This document shows positions 1 to 10,629 of a stretch of DNA of 64,000 bases, piece by piece. Every line of letters starts with the position of its first letter. The first letter of the stretch is position 1. The notes under the pieces are model-generated. The model did no database searches, had not been told where the DNA came from, and saw only the letters and a program-made list of their open reading frames with translations. The position numbers and the translations under genes are program-made. The stretch is taken from the NCBI GenBank assembly GCA_019057475.1, contig DXJO01000039.1, forward strand, positions 1 to 64,000. Reading direction: 5' to 3'. The DNA comes from Candidatus Thorarchaeota archaeon. Lineage in GTDB: Archaea; Asgardarchaeota; Thorarchaeia; Thorarchaeales; Thorarchaeaceae.

Positions 1-195
1 ATTTGGTCGCCGCCAGTTGGACGGAGACAGAAAACGCCTGTGGAGAGGACGTGAAACTAGTCGCAGATTCAGAAGGATCTGCAGAGCAGACCTCAATGAA
101 TCAGGAACCGAACATCAGTCAAGGACATTGATGTCCATGATTGTACAAGTTACGGGCAACGGCCTCCTTGGACCCACCCGATGCCAGTCTGTAAA

Positions 196-930
196 CTATG
201 GAGCTGCGGCTTCCATCAAGTCAATGATCCAGTCCAGGTCTCTCTGTTGAATGCCCTCTCCAACTTGATAAATCATGAGAGAACCGGCTGTCGCATTCAC
301 AGAAGTTGTGAGGATAGCACCACTTGGATACGAAAAGGTCCCACGAAATCTACTGATTTGGCCCTTGTATCTGCGTGTGTACAGTCCTACTTCCTCTTCA
401 GACTGTATTCCTGAACCCCGGAACTCCGCATGTGTGAGATTGCCCTTCTCAACGCCAGTAACGAGCACCGACGCGATGTCCACTGCCCGGTCATAGAGCT
501 TCTTCCCTCCGCCATTCAGGCTCAAAGGGGTAACCTTCGCTCCAGTTGTGTCTTCAAGCAATCTTGTGAACTTGTTGGCAATCCGTCGGGATCCTCGAAC
601 CTCGATAGTTTCTCTATCAAGCTTAACAAGAACAGTCCCTCTATCTATACTGACATAGTGAACGCTCGTGAGTTCACCGGCCTTGTAGGCTAGAACCGGC
701 ACACGGAATCCAGAAACGAACTCGCCAATCACAACATCCCCGCTTGCTTTCACTGAAGCAAAGCCAGATGCAAGCCCCTTCTTCTTTTTCGGAGAATACG
801 AGATTCCTCTCAAAAGGCTCGCCAGTTTGGTGGACATCGTATTAAGTCCCGAATAACGAAACAGATGTACAGAGAGCCCCATACCCCGGGGCTTGATGAG
901 TTTAAACTTCGAAGATTTCTTGCTGCTCAA
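196..930 (-). CDS. hypothetical protein
   Basis: 244-aa ORF with plausible composition; no recognised motif. Confidence 0.7.
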   Translation of the reverse strand: MSSKKSSKFKLIKPRGMGLSVHLFRYSGLNTMSTKLASLLRGISYSPKKKKGLASGFASVKASGDVVIGEFVSGFRVPVLAYKAGELTSVHYVSIDRGTVLVKLDRETIEVRGSRRIANKFTRLLEDTTGAKVTPLSLNGGGKKLYDRAVDIASVLVTGVEKGNLTHAEFRGSGIQSEEEVGLYTRRYKGQISRFRGTFSYPSGAILTTSVNATAGSLMIYQVGEGIQQRDLDWIIDLMEAAAP

Positions 931-1169
931 GGTGCCTCATCTCACTTATGTTTGGAAGCTGAGTCTTCACTGACCTCTACTTCCCATGGAACAATGCATC
1001 ATACCCTAATAAAACCCCCATCCAACACAGAAAATAGCTGGACTCTATGCGGGGTATTACCCATGTACTAATCAGCGTATGATATGAAACAACACACAAT
1101 CAATGCGCGTTTCTCATATCCGCAATTTGGCGCCAAATGAAGCGCGCGACTCTTTTTCTCTCAAGGCGC

Positions 1170-1625
1170 CTACAACGATTTGAGTAGGCCCTCAATGAGA
1201 ATATGTGCCCGGGGCTTATCCGGAATGAAGGGTGCGAAAGTCGACACCTTAGCGGTGGCGATACAGTCAGCAAGGTCACTCAAGTCCCGACACCATACGA
1301 GGTGATTCCTTCTTGACATCTTGCCAATCAATTGGGCCTGATGACCCTCCATGAGAGTTCTGTTCTCAACGACAACAAGTCTGAGACCTCGTTTCACGCA
1401 TTCGATCGTTGTCCCTGCACCACCAGTGCTCACGATTACATCCGCCCAATCGTATGCAGTGTTTAACGACCTGATGAAACGAAAGAACGGGAAGTTCCTG
1501 GGCACGTAGGAACCGCGACCTATCTGCGCCACAATCTTGTCTTGAACTATGCCCTGCTCAACAAGTCGGTCCATCTCTTTGATAAGAGGGTCAAAGTGAG
1601 CAGTCCCTACTGTCAAGAAGATCAT
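1170..1625 (-). CDS. Alg13/PssE-like glycosyltransferase subunit (GT28 C-terminal-like)
   Basis: MIFLTVGT...F..L, AQIG, ADVIVSTGGAGT, VVVEN...HQ..L motifs; overlaps the Alg14-like gene by 4 bp. Confidence 0.9.
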   Translation of the reverse strand: MIFLTVGTAHFDPLIKEMDRLVEQGIVQDKIVAQIGRGSYVPRNFPFFRFIRSLNTAYDWADVIVSTGGAGTTIECVKRGLRLVVVENRTLMEGHQAQLIGKMSRRNHLVWCRDLSDLADCIATAKVSTFAPFIPDKPRAHILIEGLLKSL

Positions 1626-2104
1626 AGTAGCTGACCCCCGTAGATAGCGGCTGGAATCCTTGTTACCAGGTCAGGCCACTGAACCATAAAGAGGTCAGTC
1701 TTCCCCAGCAGCATTCGACCGGTTATGGACAGTGTTTCAACCCTGGACATGCTCTCAATGAACACTGTCTTGATGCCGAGCAGACGAGCGGAATAGAATA
1801 TGGGCACTGTCAGACCGGTACCGCAGCTGACCATCAATGCCGGTCGGAAGAGAACAAGGTAGACGAATGACATCATCAGAGTTGCAAGGGTTCGAATCAC
1901 GGACATGATTCGCGAATCCTGAGGCAGGAGTCGAGGAGTGAGCACAGGAAGAACTCGGCCGGCAATCCGTATCTTCTTGGGCGTCAGCGGGTCAAGGAGT
2001 CCAATCATGTAAAGATACTCGTATTTCGGACCCATGAGATCAATGAGTGCAAAGGTTTGTGCAGTATGACCGCCTCGTCCCAGCACAACACCAATCCTCT
2101 TCAT
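1622..2104 (-). CDS. Alg14/PssD-like glycosyltransferase subunit
   Basis: GRGGHTAQ, RP..MVSCGTG, FIESMSRV..LSITGR, FMVQWP motifs. Confidence 0.9.
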   Translation of the reverse strand: MKRIGVVLGRGGHTAQTFALIDLMGPKYEYLYMIGLLDPLTPKKIRIAGRVLPVLTPRLLPQDSRIMSVIRTLATLMMSFVYLVLFRPALMVSCGTGLTVPIFYSARLLGIKTVFIESMSRVETLSITGRMLLGKTDLFMVQWPDLVTRIPAAIYGGQLL

Positions 2105-2230
2105 ACCGGGTTCCTCGTAAAAGCCCTATTCTGTTGTGCCACATAAAGGGTTCTCTCCGGGGGAAACGCTGAAACCTGGCATAAGATATGGCAGTAATCA
2201 CTTATACTGGTGTGACGGCGCTTCAGACGA

Positions 2231-3664
2231 GTGGTGGATATGACTATTGTCAAAGCTTCGAAAAAACATCCGCTCTATGAAGAGCTGGCTGCGATTGTAG
2301 GAGAAGACCGTGTAAACGACAATCAGGTGATAATCTCGTCATATACCCAGGATGCATGCCATCTTACCGCGGAGAGGCCGGGCATTGTCGTTTTGCCGAA
2401 CACCGTTGAGGAAGTGCAGGCGATTGTCAAGCTCTGCAACAGAACAAAGACCCCATTGATACCTGCAGGAGGACGAAATGGTATCTGTGGAGCATATCTG
2501 CCGCGCGTTAAAGGTTCAGTCATGCTAGACATGGCCAGCATGGACAAAATTGTAACTATCGACGAAGATGTCATGACCGTTACAGTGGAAGCAGGTCTAC
2601 GATGGGCTGAACTTATTCACCGTTTGGATGAGAAAGGCTACAAGCTTGGCTTCAGAGGTCCTTACGGGGGTAATGCCGGGACTGTTGGAGGTTCCACGAG
2701 CATTAACAGCATCGGCTATGCTGCCTCAAAGTATGGACCTTCGACAGAGGGGGTTGTTTCACTCGAAGTCGTTCTGGCTAATGGCAACATCGTCCAAACC
2801 GGAACTGGCTGGAAAAAAGGTGCAAGGCCTTTCGCAAGATACTCCGCGTTCCATGACTTGACCGGCGTGTTCCTTGGTGATCACGGTACCCTTGCTGTCA
2901 AGACGAAGGTGACCCTCAAGATCTATCCAAAAGCTGAGTTCATCACTTATGGAGACTTCGGATTCAAAACCCTTGAGGATGCGTGTGCTGCCTTCTTGGA
3001 AGTACAGAAAAGGGGTTTGACAGAGGAGTTGAATCTCCTATGTGACCGGCAGTCAACGGATACGTTCTTCCCAGGTTTTCTCGATAGGCATTCCGAGATC
3101 AACGCCATGTTTGCAGCGATAGCACAGGAAACAGATGAACAATTGGCCAGCCGCAAGATGGAGATTGTCAGAGAAATCGCGCTTGAACATGGAGGCAAGG
3201 ACCTTGGCAACTTCGCTGCACAGATGCACTGGGGTGAGATGTTCAACCTCGTGCAGCCCCTCTATAACAACGGATTCTGGCTGAATACCTGTCACCTCAG
3301 GCCAATCACACTGATACCTGAGTTGATGAAGAGGGATTTGGAGATTTTCAAAAAGCACAAACTGCTGAAGAATGGTATCAAGTGGATTGCGAGTTGCCTT
3401 GGAGCTGACAGAGCATTCGCAACCGGGTGGGTAACGATCTTCGCTCCAGACAAGAGTAAGATGGAGCTTGCCTTGAAGGCCTGGAATGAGATGCTTGACG
3501 CGACGATTGACAGCGGAGGATGCCCCTATTGGAGCGGCCTTCTGTGGGAGAACCGAGTTCTGAAGACCGTCAGCAAACCCTTCCTAGATACTTACAAAGT
3601 AATCAAAAACGCATTGGACCCGAACAGCATCTTCAGCCCACATGTCTTCGAAGGGGTAGACTGA
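2231..3664 (+). CDS. FAD-binding oxidoreductase (GlcD / D-lactate dehydrogenase / VAO family)
   Basis: P..VVLP.TVEEVQ, GG.GICG, TVGG, KYG, C-terminal KNALDPNSIFSP. Confidence 0.9.
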   Translation: MVDMTIVKASKKHPLYEELAAIVGEDRVNDNQVIISSYTQDACHLTAERPGIVVLPNTVEEVQAIVKLCNRTKTPLIPAGGRNGICGAYLPRVKGSVMLDMASMDKIVTIDEDVMTVTVEAGLRWAELIHRLDEKGYKLGFRGPYGGNAGTVGGSTSINSIGYAASKYGPSTEGVVSLEVVLANGNIVQTGTGWKKGARPFARYSAFHDLTGVFLGDHGTLAVKTKVTLKIYPKAEFITYGDFGFKTLEDACAAFLEVQKRGLTEELNLLCDRQSTDTFFPGFLDRHSEINAMFAAIAQETDEQLASRKMEIVREIALEHGGKDLGNFAAQMHWGEMFNLVQPLYNNGFWLNTCHLRPITLIPELMKRDLEIFKKHKLLKNGIKWIASCLGADRAFATGWVTIFAPDKSKMELALKAWNEMLDATIDSGGCPYWSGLLWENRVLKTVSKPFLDTYKVIKNALDPNSIFSPHVFEGVD

Positions 3665-3665
3665 G

Positions 3666-5237
3666 ATGGAGTACACCAACCTATCCAAGTATGCGGAGGA
3701 ATTGTGGCTCTGTGCCAGATGCGGCGATTGCTCTTTGGCTGACAAGACTGTCGCGTCCAAGCGTGATGTGTTCCTCCCCTGTGCAGTGAAGAACGTACTG
3801 GGTTTTGAAGCATACTCTGCTCGAGGTAGAATCATGGTCATGAATGATCTCCTGAACGATAAGATTGACCTGACCGATGATGTGCTTCAATGGTTGTATA
3901 CGTGTACTACGTGCAAGGGCTGCCAAGAAACCTGCGCTGCTACTGCAGAGGGCATCAAGCTTCCAGAGATGACGGAAGCTTTGCGCAATGACTTGGTTAA
4001 TGCAGGCTATGAATTACCCAAGCATAAGGCGATTGAGGAATCCATAATCAACCTAGGCAACCCCTACAAGGAAGAACGCGATAAAAGACTTGATCTATTT
4101 GGCGAAAGGGACTGGCCTGAAATGGCGGATGTAATCTACTTCGTTGGATGCACCAGCGCGTATCGCGAAAAGGAAATAGCCAAGACAACGGTTGAACTCC
4201 TCGATAAGGCAGGCGTAAACTATACGATACTTCCCGAGGAGGAATGCTGTGGGTCCGTTCTGTTAAGATTGGGACATAAGAGGGCTTTCGATGCCCTCAC
4301 CAAGAAGAACATCGAAGCCATCAAGAAGACAGGCGCCAAGCAGATTGTATCGGCATGTGCAGGCTGTTTCAGGACATGGAAAATCGATGTTCCAAAGGAA
4401 GGCCATAGCCACGATTTTGAGATCCTTCACATCACTGAGTTCCTAGATCAACTGGTTCAGGAGGGGAAAGTAGCCTTCAGGTCGCCCAAACCAATCAAGG
4501 TCACCTACCACGACCCGTGTCACCTTGGCAGACATGCAGAAGTTTACGAAGCACCTAGAAGAGTCATCGAAGCAGTTGAGAATGTTGAGCTTGTGGAGAT
4601 GGAAACGAACAAGAGATACGCGCACTGTTGTGGCTCAGGGGGAGGGGTCAAGGGGAGTCACGGCGAACTGGCTGACAAGATAGGCGCAAACAGAATCAAA
4701 GAGGCAGAAGAAACTGGTGCGGACCTTCTCGTGACCGCCTGTCCATTCTGCCACAGGGGACTCGTGGATGGTGCGAAGTACGGAAACAGCAAACTTGAGG
4801 TGCTTGACTTGCCGGAGTTTCTGTTACCGTTCATGGTTGAAGCCACAGGTAAGAGAGAAGTTGGAGAGAACCCGCTCAAGACAGAGTTCATGGCCTATCT
4901 CAGCAATCATCCGAAAATCTTCGATGGTCTGAAGAAGGATGCAGTCATTGACTACGATATCGAAGGTGATCGATTCCACCTGGTTATAGCTAAAAAGGGA
5001 CAAGTTGTTGTGTATCCAATCAGAGCTGAAAATGCGGACGTTGAGCTGACGTTCTCTAAGGGAGCAGTAAGGAAACTTGTGACATTCGAATCGGAGGAGG
5101 AGTATGCGAAGCAGTTTGGTCTGTTCTTCAAGGAGCCAACGGACGATGAGTGGATCAAATTCAATCTAAGACTGAACCTTGTTAAGTTGTTGATGAAAGG
5201 ATACAGAAAGTTCGCACAGAAGGCGGGGCTGATCTAG
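3666..5237 (+). CDS. Fe-S oxidoreductase (HdrD/GlpC type, 2x4Fe-4S + 2 CCG domains) with a C-terminal SCP2-like extension
   Basis: CARCGDC, CTTCKGCQETC, CCG, YHDPCHLGR, CCGSGGG, TACPFC; extra ~130-aa C-terminal domain. Confidence 0.88.
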   Translation: MEYTNLSKYAEELWLCARCGDCSLADKTVASKRDVFLPCAVKNVLGFEAYSARGRIMVMNDLLNDKIDLTDDVLQWLYTCTTCKGCQETCAATAEGIKLPEMTEALRNDLVNAGYELPKHKAIEESIINLGNPYKEERDKRLDLFGERDWPEMADVIYFVGCTSAYREKEIAKTTVELLDKAGVNYTILPEEECCGSVLLRLGHKRAFDALTKKNIEAIKKTGAKQIVSACAGCFRTWKIDVPKEGHSHDFEILHITEFLDQLVQEGKVAFRSPKPIKVTYHDPCHLGRHAEVYEAPRRVIEAVENVELVEMETNKRYAHCCGSGGGVKGSHGELADKIGANRIKEAEETGADLLVTACPFCHRGLVDGAKYGNSKLEVLDLPEFLLPFMVEATGKREVGENPLKTEFMAYLSNHPKIFDGLKKDAVIDYDIEGDRFHLVIAKKGQVVVYPIRAENADVELTFSKGAVRKLVTFESEEEYAKQFGLFFKEPTDDEWIKFNLRLNLVKLLMKGYRKFAQKAGLI

Positions 5238-5263
5238 GAAAGCGAGGGCAGAGTCGCGTCCAT

Positions 5264-6196
5264 CTAGTCCGAGTACCTCCCCCTAGTCCTTAGCAGGTTG
5301 AGTATCACCCATAAAGGGGACTTGCCATGCCCGTAGAACTCTAGGACTTCAGGGTCATCACAACGCCATACACCACGCATCCTCTCATAGAGATAGCCCC
5401 TTAGCATCTCAGTACCGTGTCTTCTAAGAAGCATCCTTCTGATAGCTCGTAAGAGCACGCCTAGGAGCGGTCTTCCGATGAAGAAGTTTAGTTGTCCCTG
5501 GTAGAACATTCCCTCTGCAGTTGTCCCAAGTGATGGTGCGTCTTGGAGGACTGGAACTCTCCAGATTTTCAGGTTATAGCCCATGCTCAAAGTCTTGATG
5601 TTCAGGTATGTATCTGGAGAAAGGGCCCAGTACTTTTTGATGCGGCTTATGATGTCCCACCTTATGACTTTGCAGTCACCCATCGGCATACCAGCCTCTC
5701 GGGCAACCTCCTCGCTCACAACAGTCCCTGAACACGCGCCGACCAAAGGATTCGCTTCCATGAGCGAGATTATCCGCGCGAAGTAGTTGGGACATGGACG
5801 CGTACCAACATCTTGTATTGTATAGTACTTGACCGTTCTATCCTTGAGCTTCTCCACGAAGTCAGGCATGAATCGCGTATATGCACGACCTATCGTGTTC
5901 AGGTCACCCTTTTTCTTTGAAGGCATTCTTTCAATCCAGATCTCAAGCTCCGGGTGTTCCTTTGAAACCCGTTCTATCTCATCGTAGGATCCGTCGACTG
6001 AACCGTCGTCTATCCACAACCAGACGAGGGGCTTTTTCGTCTGTGCCGCCATTCTTTCGAATGCACGCTCGATCTTATCCGTTTCATTCCAGATGTTCGT
6101 TACCATAACATAGTCAGCTGATGGGATGGCTGACTCACACCGAGTCTGACAGAACTCACAAAACCTATGAAAGGGAAAATCAAGATCCTCAATCAT
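5264..6196 (-). CDS. family 2 glycosyltransferase
   Basis: WNE, WIDDGSVDGS motif. Confidence 0.85.
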   Translation of the reverse strand: MIEDLDFPFHRFCEFCQTRCESAIPSADYVMVTNIWNETDKIERAFERMAAQTKKPLVWLWIDDGSVDGSYDEIERVSKEHPELEIWIERMPSKKKGDLNTIGRAYTRFMPDFVEKLKDRTVKYYTIQDVGTRPCPNYFARIISLMEANPLVGACSGTVVSEEVAREAGMPMGDCKVIRWDIISRIKKYWALSPDTYLNIKTLSMGYNLKIWRVPVLQDAPSLGTTAEGMFYQGQLNFFIGRPLLGVLLRAIRRMLLRRHGTEMLRGYLYERMRGVWRCDDPEVLEFYGHGKSPLWVILNLLRTRGRYSD

Positions 6197-6323
6197 GGTA
6201 GGTCTACCTCACTACATGGACTACTTTCTGCACACACTCCGACCGGATTTACAGGTGTCACCTCTAGTACTGTGATTGCATGTGATATGGACGAGCTTAT
6301 AAAACGACTCGTGGAGCTAGGAG

Positions 6324-7313
6324 TTGATGAGAATCCTCCACATCAGTGATGCCGGACTTCCTGACCCTCGTGTAGAACGAATGGCGTCGACTATGAAGAA
6401 AAGGGGACATGATGTTGTCTTTTTGGGTGGGCGCGACATTAGGGGTCAGCATCTGTCAGCGTTCTCAGAAACAAGGGCAGAACTTCTCCCGAGCGGACCA
6501 AGGATAGTACATGACCCCCGTGTCAAAAGGCGTTGGCTTCGAGCAATCTGCGAAATGAAGCCCGATGTCGTACATGTACACAATGTTGTCGTTGGCCATT
6601 TCCTTCTCGACACAGACTATCCTGCTATCTTTGATGATCACGAACACCTAAGCGCGCAGAGGTGCGTATTCATGTCTAGGCCATTCGTGAGGAAGACTGC
6701 TGCAAGACTCCTTGTTAGGAAGTTCCCAAGGTGGGAGCGTGCACTCGCTGAGAGATTCCCCGTGTTGACTGTGAGTGAGGGAATTGCTGACTACTATCGT
6801 CGATACACGTCGAATGTGGGTGTGGTCATCAACACACCAATGCTCGACGAGGTATCATGGATTGAGAGCCCGCCAAAGAGAGAGGGCCTAGTGTATATGG
6901 GGGGGGACTTCAATGCGCCTCGTTTTATCCCGTTCCGAAACATGTCCGGGCTGAGGGAGATACTTGATTTCGACATAGTTTCTGGTTTGCCACACAGGGA
7001 GATGATGAAGAATCTGGCGAAATACAGGATTGGATTAACCCCTTATCGACCGCACCCCTTCCAGTTAGTATGCAATCCTAACAAGAATTACGAGTATCTC
7101 CACGCAGGTCTCCAGGTTTTGCTTCAGGAGAATTTCTTTCACCTTTTCGAGGACAATAAATTCGTGCATAGTTACGGGGATTATGATGATATCCTGAATG
7201 TCGTGGACTCGATTCCTGAGGCCAATCCTGAGCGTATAATGGAGATGGCACGGGACAAGTACATTTGGGAGAAGCGCGAGAATGTGGTTATTTCGGCATA
7301 CAAGGCAGTCTGA
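6324..7313 (+). CDS. GT-B (GT4-like) glycosyltransferase
   Basis: RILHI...DPRVER, PDVVHVH, NPNKNYEYLHAGL. Confidence 0.85.
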   Translation: MMRILHISDAGLPDPRVERMASTMKKRGHDVVFLGGRDIRGQHLSAFSETRAELLPSGPRIVHDPRVKRRWLRAICEMKPDVVHVHNVVVGHFLLDTDYPAIFDDHEHLSAQRCVFMSRPFVRKTAARLLVRKFPRWERALAERFPVLTVSEGIADYYRRYTSNVGVVINTPMLDEVSWIESPPKREGLVYMGGDFNAPRFIPFRNMSGLREILDFDIVSGLPHREMMKNLAKYRIGLTPYRPHPFQLVCNPNKNYEYLHAGLQVLLQENFFHLFEDNKFVHSYGDYDDILNVVDSIPEANPERIMEMARDKYIWEKRENVVISAYKAV

Positions 7314-7512
7314 CATACTAAAGATGCTTGGCAGTTCATGAATCATGTGATGTGGTCGGCTCGCCTCTGAATTCTTGTATTATTGGATAAGGACCGGATT
7401 GTCCGCGCAACCAGATGACGCAACTACCTTGCACCGCAACTTTCAATAGACAACTCAATCGTTCGCACGCGCAAACGTGGATCTAGAGAGGACCCACATT
7501 GGGCTGATAATC

Positions 7513-8619
7513 ATGCACGTAGCTCTTGTGACTGGTACACGTCCCCAGATAATCAAATCAGCGCCTGTTATTCATGCGCTTGAAAAAGAAGGGGTTCAAG
7601 TCACCTTCATTCATACTGGCCAACACTATGACTATGAACTGGCGGCTCAATTCATCGAAGAACTCGCAATCAAGCAGCCTGACAAGAACCTCGAAGTAGG
7701 GAGCGGCACAGGCGTCTTCCAGATACGTGAAGTGATGATGCGACTAGCGGATTCGTTGGAGCAGAATCGGCCGGATTACCTTGTCGTGCCAGGAGACACG
7801 AACTCAGCATTGGGCGCAGCTCTTACTGGGTTCAAGTTGGACCTCCCCACCTGCCATCTGGAGTCAGGACTTCGGAGCTATGATATGGGCATGCAGGAAG
7901 AAATCAACCGAAGGCTGATAGATCATGGTTCAGCAGGACTCTTCGCACCCACGGTCACTGCAGTGCGAAACCTAGAGAGTGAAAATGTAGTTGGTACCGT
8001 ATACCACACTGGCGATACGATGTACGATATTCTGAAAGAGAGATTGAAGGTTTTCAATAGCAAGTCATTCCAAGATGAAGCAATGGATGGGATTGACCTT
8101 CCTTCTGATAACTTCGCCATGCTGACCATGCACAGAAGAGAGAACGTTGATGTTCTGAAGAGACTCAGAGGTATCATTGAGGGGTTGAAGAAGATCAATC
8201 ACGCCATCGTATTTCCCATGCACCCGAGGACCCGTGAAAGACTCTCCGAGCATGGCCTTGAAATGAGCAAGAACGTCCACATAATCCCACCAGTTTCCTA
8301 CACTCGAATGATGGCTTTGGTTAGCAAATCATCGCTGCTGCTGACTGATTCGGGAGGCTTGCAGAAGGAAGCATACCTGTTGAACACACCCTGCGTGACT
8401 CTACGTGATAACTCCGAGTGGGTCGAAACAATCGAAGCTAAGGCCAACGTTCTGGCTTTGCCCAACGCCAAAGATATCGAGAAGAAGGCGTCCATGATGT
8501 GGGGCAAGAAGCTCGACAATGACCCATCAGTCTATGGCGATGGCAGAGCATCTCAAGAGATAGCCAAGATATTAGCCAGTGGCGAGATAGGCATCAAGAA
8601 TTCCGTGATGATTGAATGA
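7513..8619 (+). CDS. wecB: UDP-N-acetylglucosamine 2-epimerase (non-hydrolysing)
   Basis: GTRPQIIK, HTGQHYD, GDTNS, HLESGLRS, EEINR, TDSGGLQKEA. Confidence 0.95.
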   Translation: MHVALVTGTRPQIIKSAPVIHALEKEGVQVTFIHTGQHYDYELAAQFIEELAIKQPDKNLEVGSGTGVFQIREVMMRLADSLEQNRPDYLVVPGDTNSALGAALTGFKLDLPTCHLESGLRSYDMGMQEEINRRLIDHGSAGLFAPTVTAVRNLESENVVGTVYHTGDTMYDILKERLKVFNSKSFQDEAMDGIDLPSDNFAMLTMHRRENVDVLKRLRGIIEGLKKINHAIVFPMHPRTRERLSEHGLEMSKNVHIIPPVSYTRMMALVSKSSLLLTDSGGLQKEAYLLNTPCVTLRDNSEWVETIEAKANVLALPNAKDIEKKASMMWGKKLDNDPSVYGDGRASQEIAKILASGEIGIKNSVMIE

Positions 8620-8709
8620 AAATGGTGGGATGCATTCCCTCACGCATGGGATTGCCTGACTACGGGTTTTAGCGAATTTTGCGGAAGCTTGAACTTATTG
8701 AGGGGCACA

Positions 8710-9309
8710 TCAAGGATTTGCAGCAGCGGCAACTACAAGCAGAACTGAGCAGATGGAAGCTGGCACATTAAGTGAAACGTACCACCGATGACTCAGTCGT
8801 TTCATCCATCTGTCCAACGGTCGGAATGAGAACCCTATGCCGCGCTTCCGGACTATCCTAAACCCAGCAGTCTTAATCATGGCGCATAACTGGGAACTAG
8901 TATAGCTGTGTCTATGATGATCAATACTGTTCACAGGAGAAGTCAAGAACAGCAAAGATCCTAGCTTGAGGACCCTGCGTGTTTCACTCAAGACCGATTC
9001 CGGGGCAATCACATGCTTCAACACAGATTCCAAGACTGCTGAAGAAAACGTGTCGTCTTGAAATGGGAGTTGCTCGCCAACAGCTTGAATATCAATAGGG
9101 CCCCTGGGGAATGGGTCGATTGAAACAGTTCGGCCTTTGTGACCAGCGGCACCGATGTCCAACGAGGGGGAAGGAATGCTTCCCGCAAATGAGGCCCATA
9201 CCTCTAGCATTTGGTCCCATAAATCTCTCTGCTCTGACGTGACGTGAGCAGGATGCCCCCACTTCGTCAGATCCACTTCATAGGAATCCTCCGATGTCAT
9301 TAATCTCAC
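8710..9309 (-). CDS. class I SAM-dependent methyltransferase
   Basis: LDIGA, LPFQDDTF, VLKHV..P...L.E.RRVLK.G. Confidence 0.85.
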   Translation of the reverse strand: MRLMTSEDSYEVDLTKWGHPAHVTSEQRDLWDQMLEVWASFAGSIPSPSLDIGAAGHKGRTVSIDPFPRGPIDIQAVGEQLPFQDDTFSSAVLESVLKHVIAPESVLSETRRVLKLGSLLFLTSPVNSIDHHRHSYTSSQLCAMIKTAGFRIVRKRGIGFSFRPLDRWMKRLSHRWYVSLNVPASICSVLLVVAAAANP

Positions 9310-9429
9310 ACATGTGGTAGCGCTTTCGAACAGAAGAATCCATCGAGAAGATTATATCTGCAATTGATAAGTGCCCCGGATGAGCAATGAGTGTTCATCC
9401 ACGAGCCAGACTAGCAAACGGAGGAACAG

Positions 9430-10629
9430 ATGACGACAATTCGAATACTATTGATCTCGCACCCTCACAGTGTTCACACTGAGAATTGGGTAGAAGGGCT
9501 CTCCAACAACGGGGTGGAAGTAGACGTCCTCTATGTGAGAGATTGGATTCCTCAAGGAACAAATGCACGCCCAAGAGCTGATATTGACTGTACATTGCTC
9601 GATGTTCCGCGTAAACTCCCGCTATTGAAACACTCCCTGTTCCATGGCGGCGTCAGGAAGATGCTGAGGGATATACTGAATCGTACAAGGTTGCATCAGA
9701 GCCTTGATCTACTCGGGAAACAAGTTTCAGACATCGTAAAAACACAATGTTATGACCTGATTCACGCCCATGGGATAGCCACATCTGCTCTCTTGGCTGA
9801 CGCGAGCAACTTTACTCCTTACACCGTATCGGCATGGGGGTCTGACATCTATATCATGCCCAGCAAGTATCCGTACATACAGCGTCTCATGGCCAGAGCC
9901 CTGGCTCATGCTGCCCTAGTTCATGTTGAAAGCACTGTGTCCGCCAATCGCATTCTTGAGATAGCACCCAGAGTCAAGGACAGGCTCTACATCAGTACTT
10001 GGGGGGTGGACACAGATTTCTTCGTTCCGCAATCACTCTCTACAGAAGAAAAAGAAAAGGTTGGGATACCCAAAGGTAGAGTTATTCTAAGTTTCAGAGC
10101 TCTTCTGCCGCTTTATAGGGTTGACATCATTGTAAGGGCATTTGCAGCACTGCTAGAAACCGTACAAGACGCAGTACTTGTCATAGGTAGTGATGGTTTG
10201 CAGAGGGACGCATTGGAGAAACTGTCCAAGAATCTTGGGATTGAAGAGAAGGTCATCTTTACCGGTTATGTGGATCAAGGCAAAAAACGGGCGCTCTTTT
10301 CAAGTGCGTATCTCTATGTTCAGTTTCCCGAATCTGATGGAGTGGCGCTCTCGATGATGGAAGCTATGAGTTCGGCCTTGCCAGTGGTTTCTTCGGATGT
10401 GGGCGAAACCTCAGTTCTAATCAAAGATGGCTACAACGGTTTCTTGGTAAGAGACTCGACCCCAGAAGGCTTATCGAAAGCTATGAAGAGGATTCTAGAT
10501 GATCATGAGCTGAGAAATACCATGGGGATGCATTCGAGAGAATTGGCGATTGAAGACCATAGCAGAACCGAGTTCTTCCGCTCTTTTGTAGAAGCAGTGA
10601 AGCACGCTGTCGAGAAGCTATGTCTGTGA
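9430..10629 (+). CDS. family 4 glycosyltransferase
   Basis: LIHAHG, SAWGSDI, ESDGVALSMMEAMSSALPVVSSDVG. Confidence 0.92.
   Translation: MTTIRILLISHPHSVHTENWVEGLSNNGVEVDVLYVRDWIPQGTNARPRADIDCTLLDVPRKLPLLKHSLFHGGVRKMLRDILNRTRLHQSLDLLGKQVSDIVKTQCYDLIHAHGIATSALLADASNFTPYTVSAWGSDIYIMPSKYPYIQRLMARALAHAALVHVESTVSANRILEIAPRVKDRLYISTWGVDTDFFVPQSLSTEEKEKVGIPKGRVILSFRALLPLYRVDIIVRAFAALLETVQDAVLVIGSDGLQRDALEKLSKNLGIEEKVIFTGYVDQGKKRALFSSAYLYVQFPESDGVALSMMEAMSSALPVVSSDVGETSVLIKDGYNGFLVRDSTPEGLSKAMKRILDDHELRNTMGMHSRELAIEDHSRTEFFRSFVEAVKHAVEKLCL

Noticed and set aside
1-131. Possible 3' end of a + strand gene at the window start
   Set aside because: An open frame ends at TGA 129-131, but it is too short and motif-free to support.
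1885-1900. GGTTCGAATC T-loop-like motif (similar at ~42397)
   Set aside because: Both lie inside clear protein-coding genes and have no cloverleaf.
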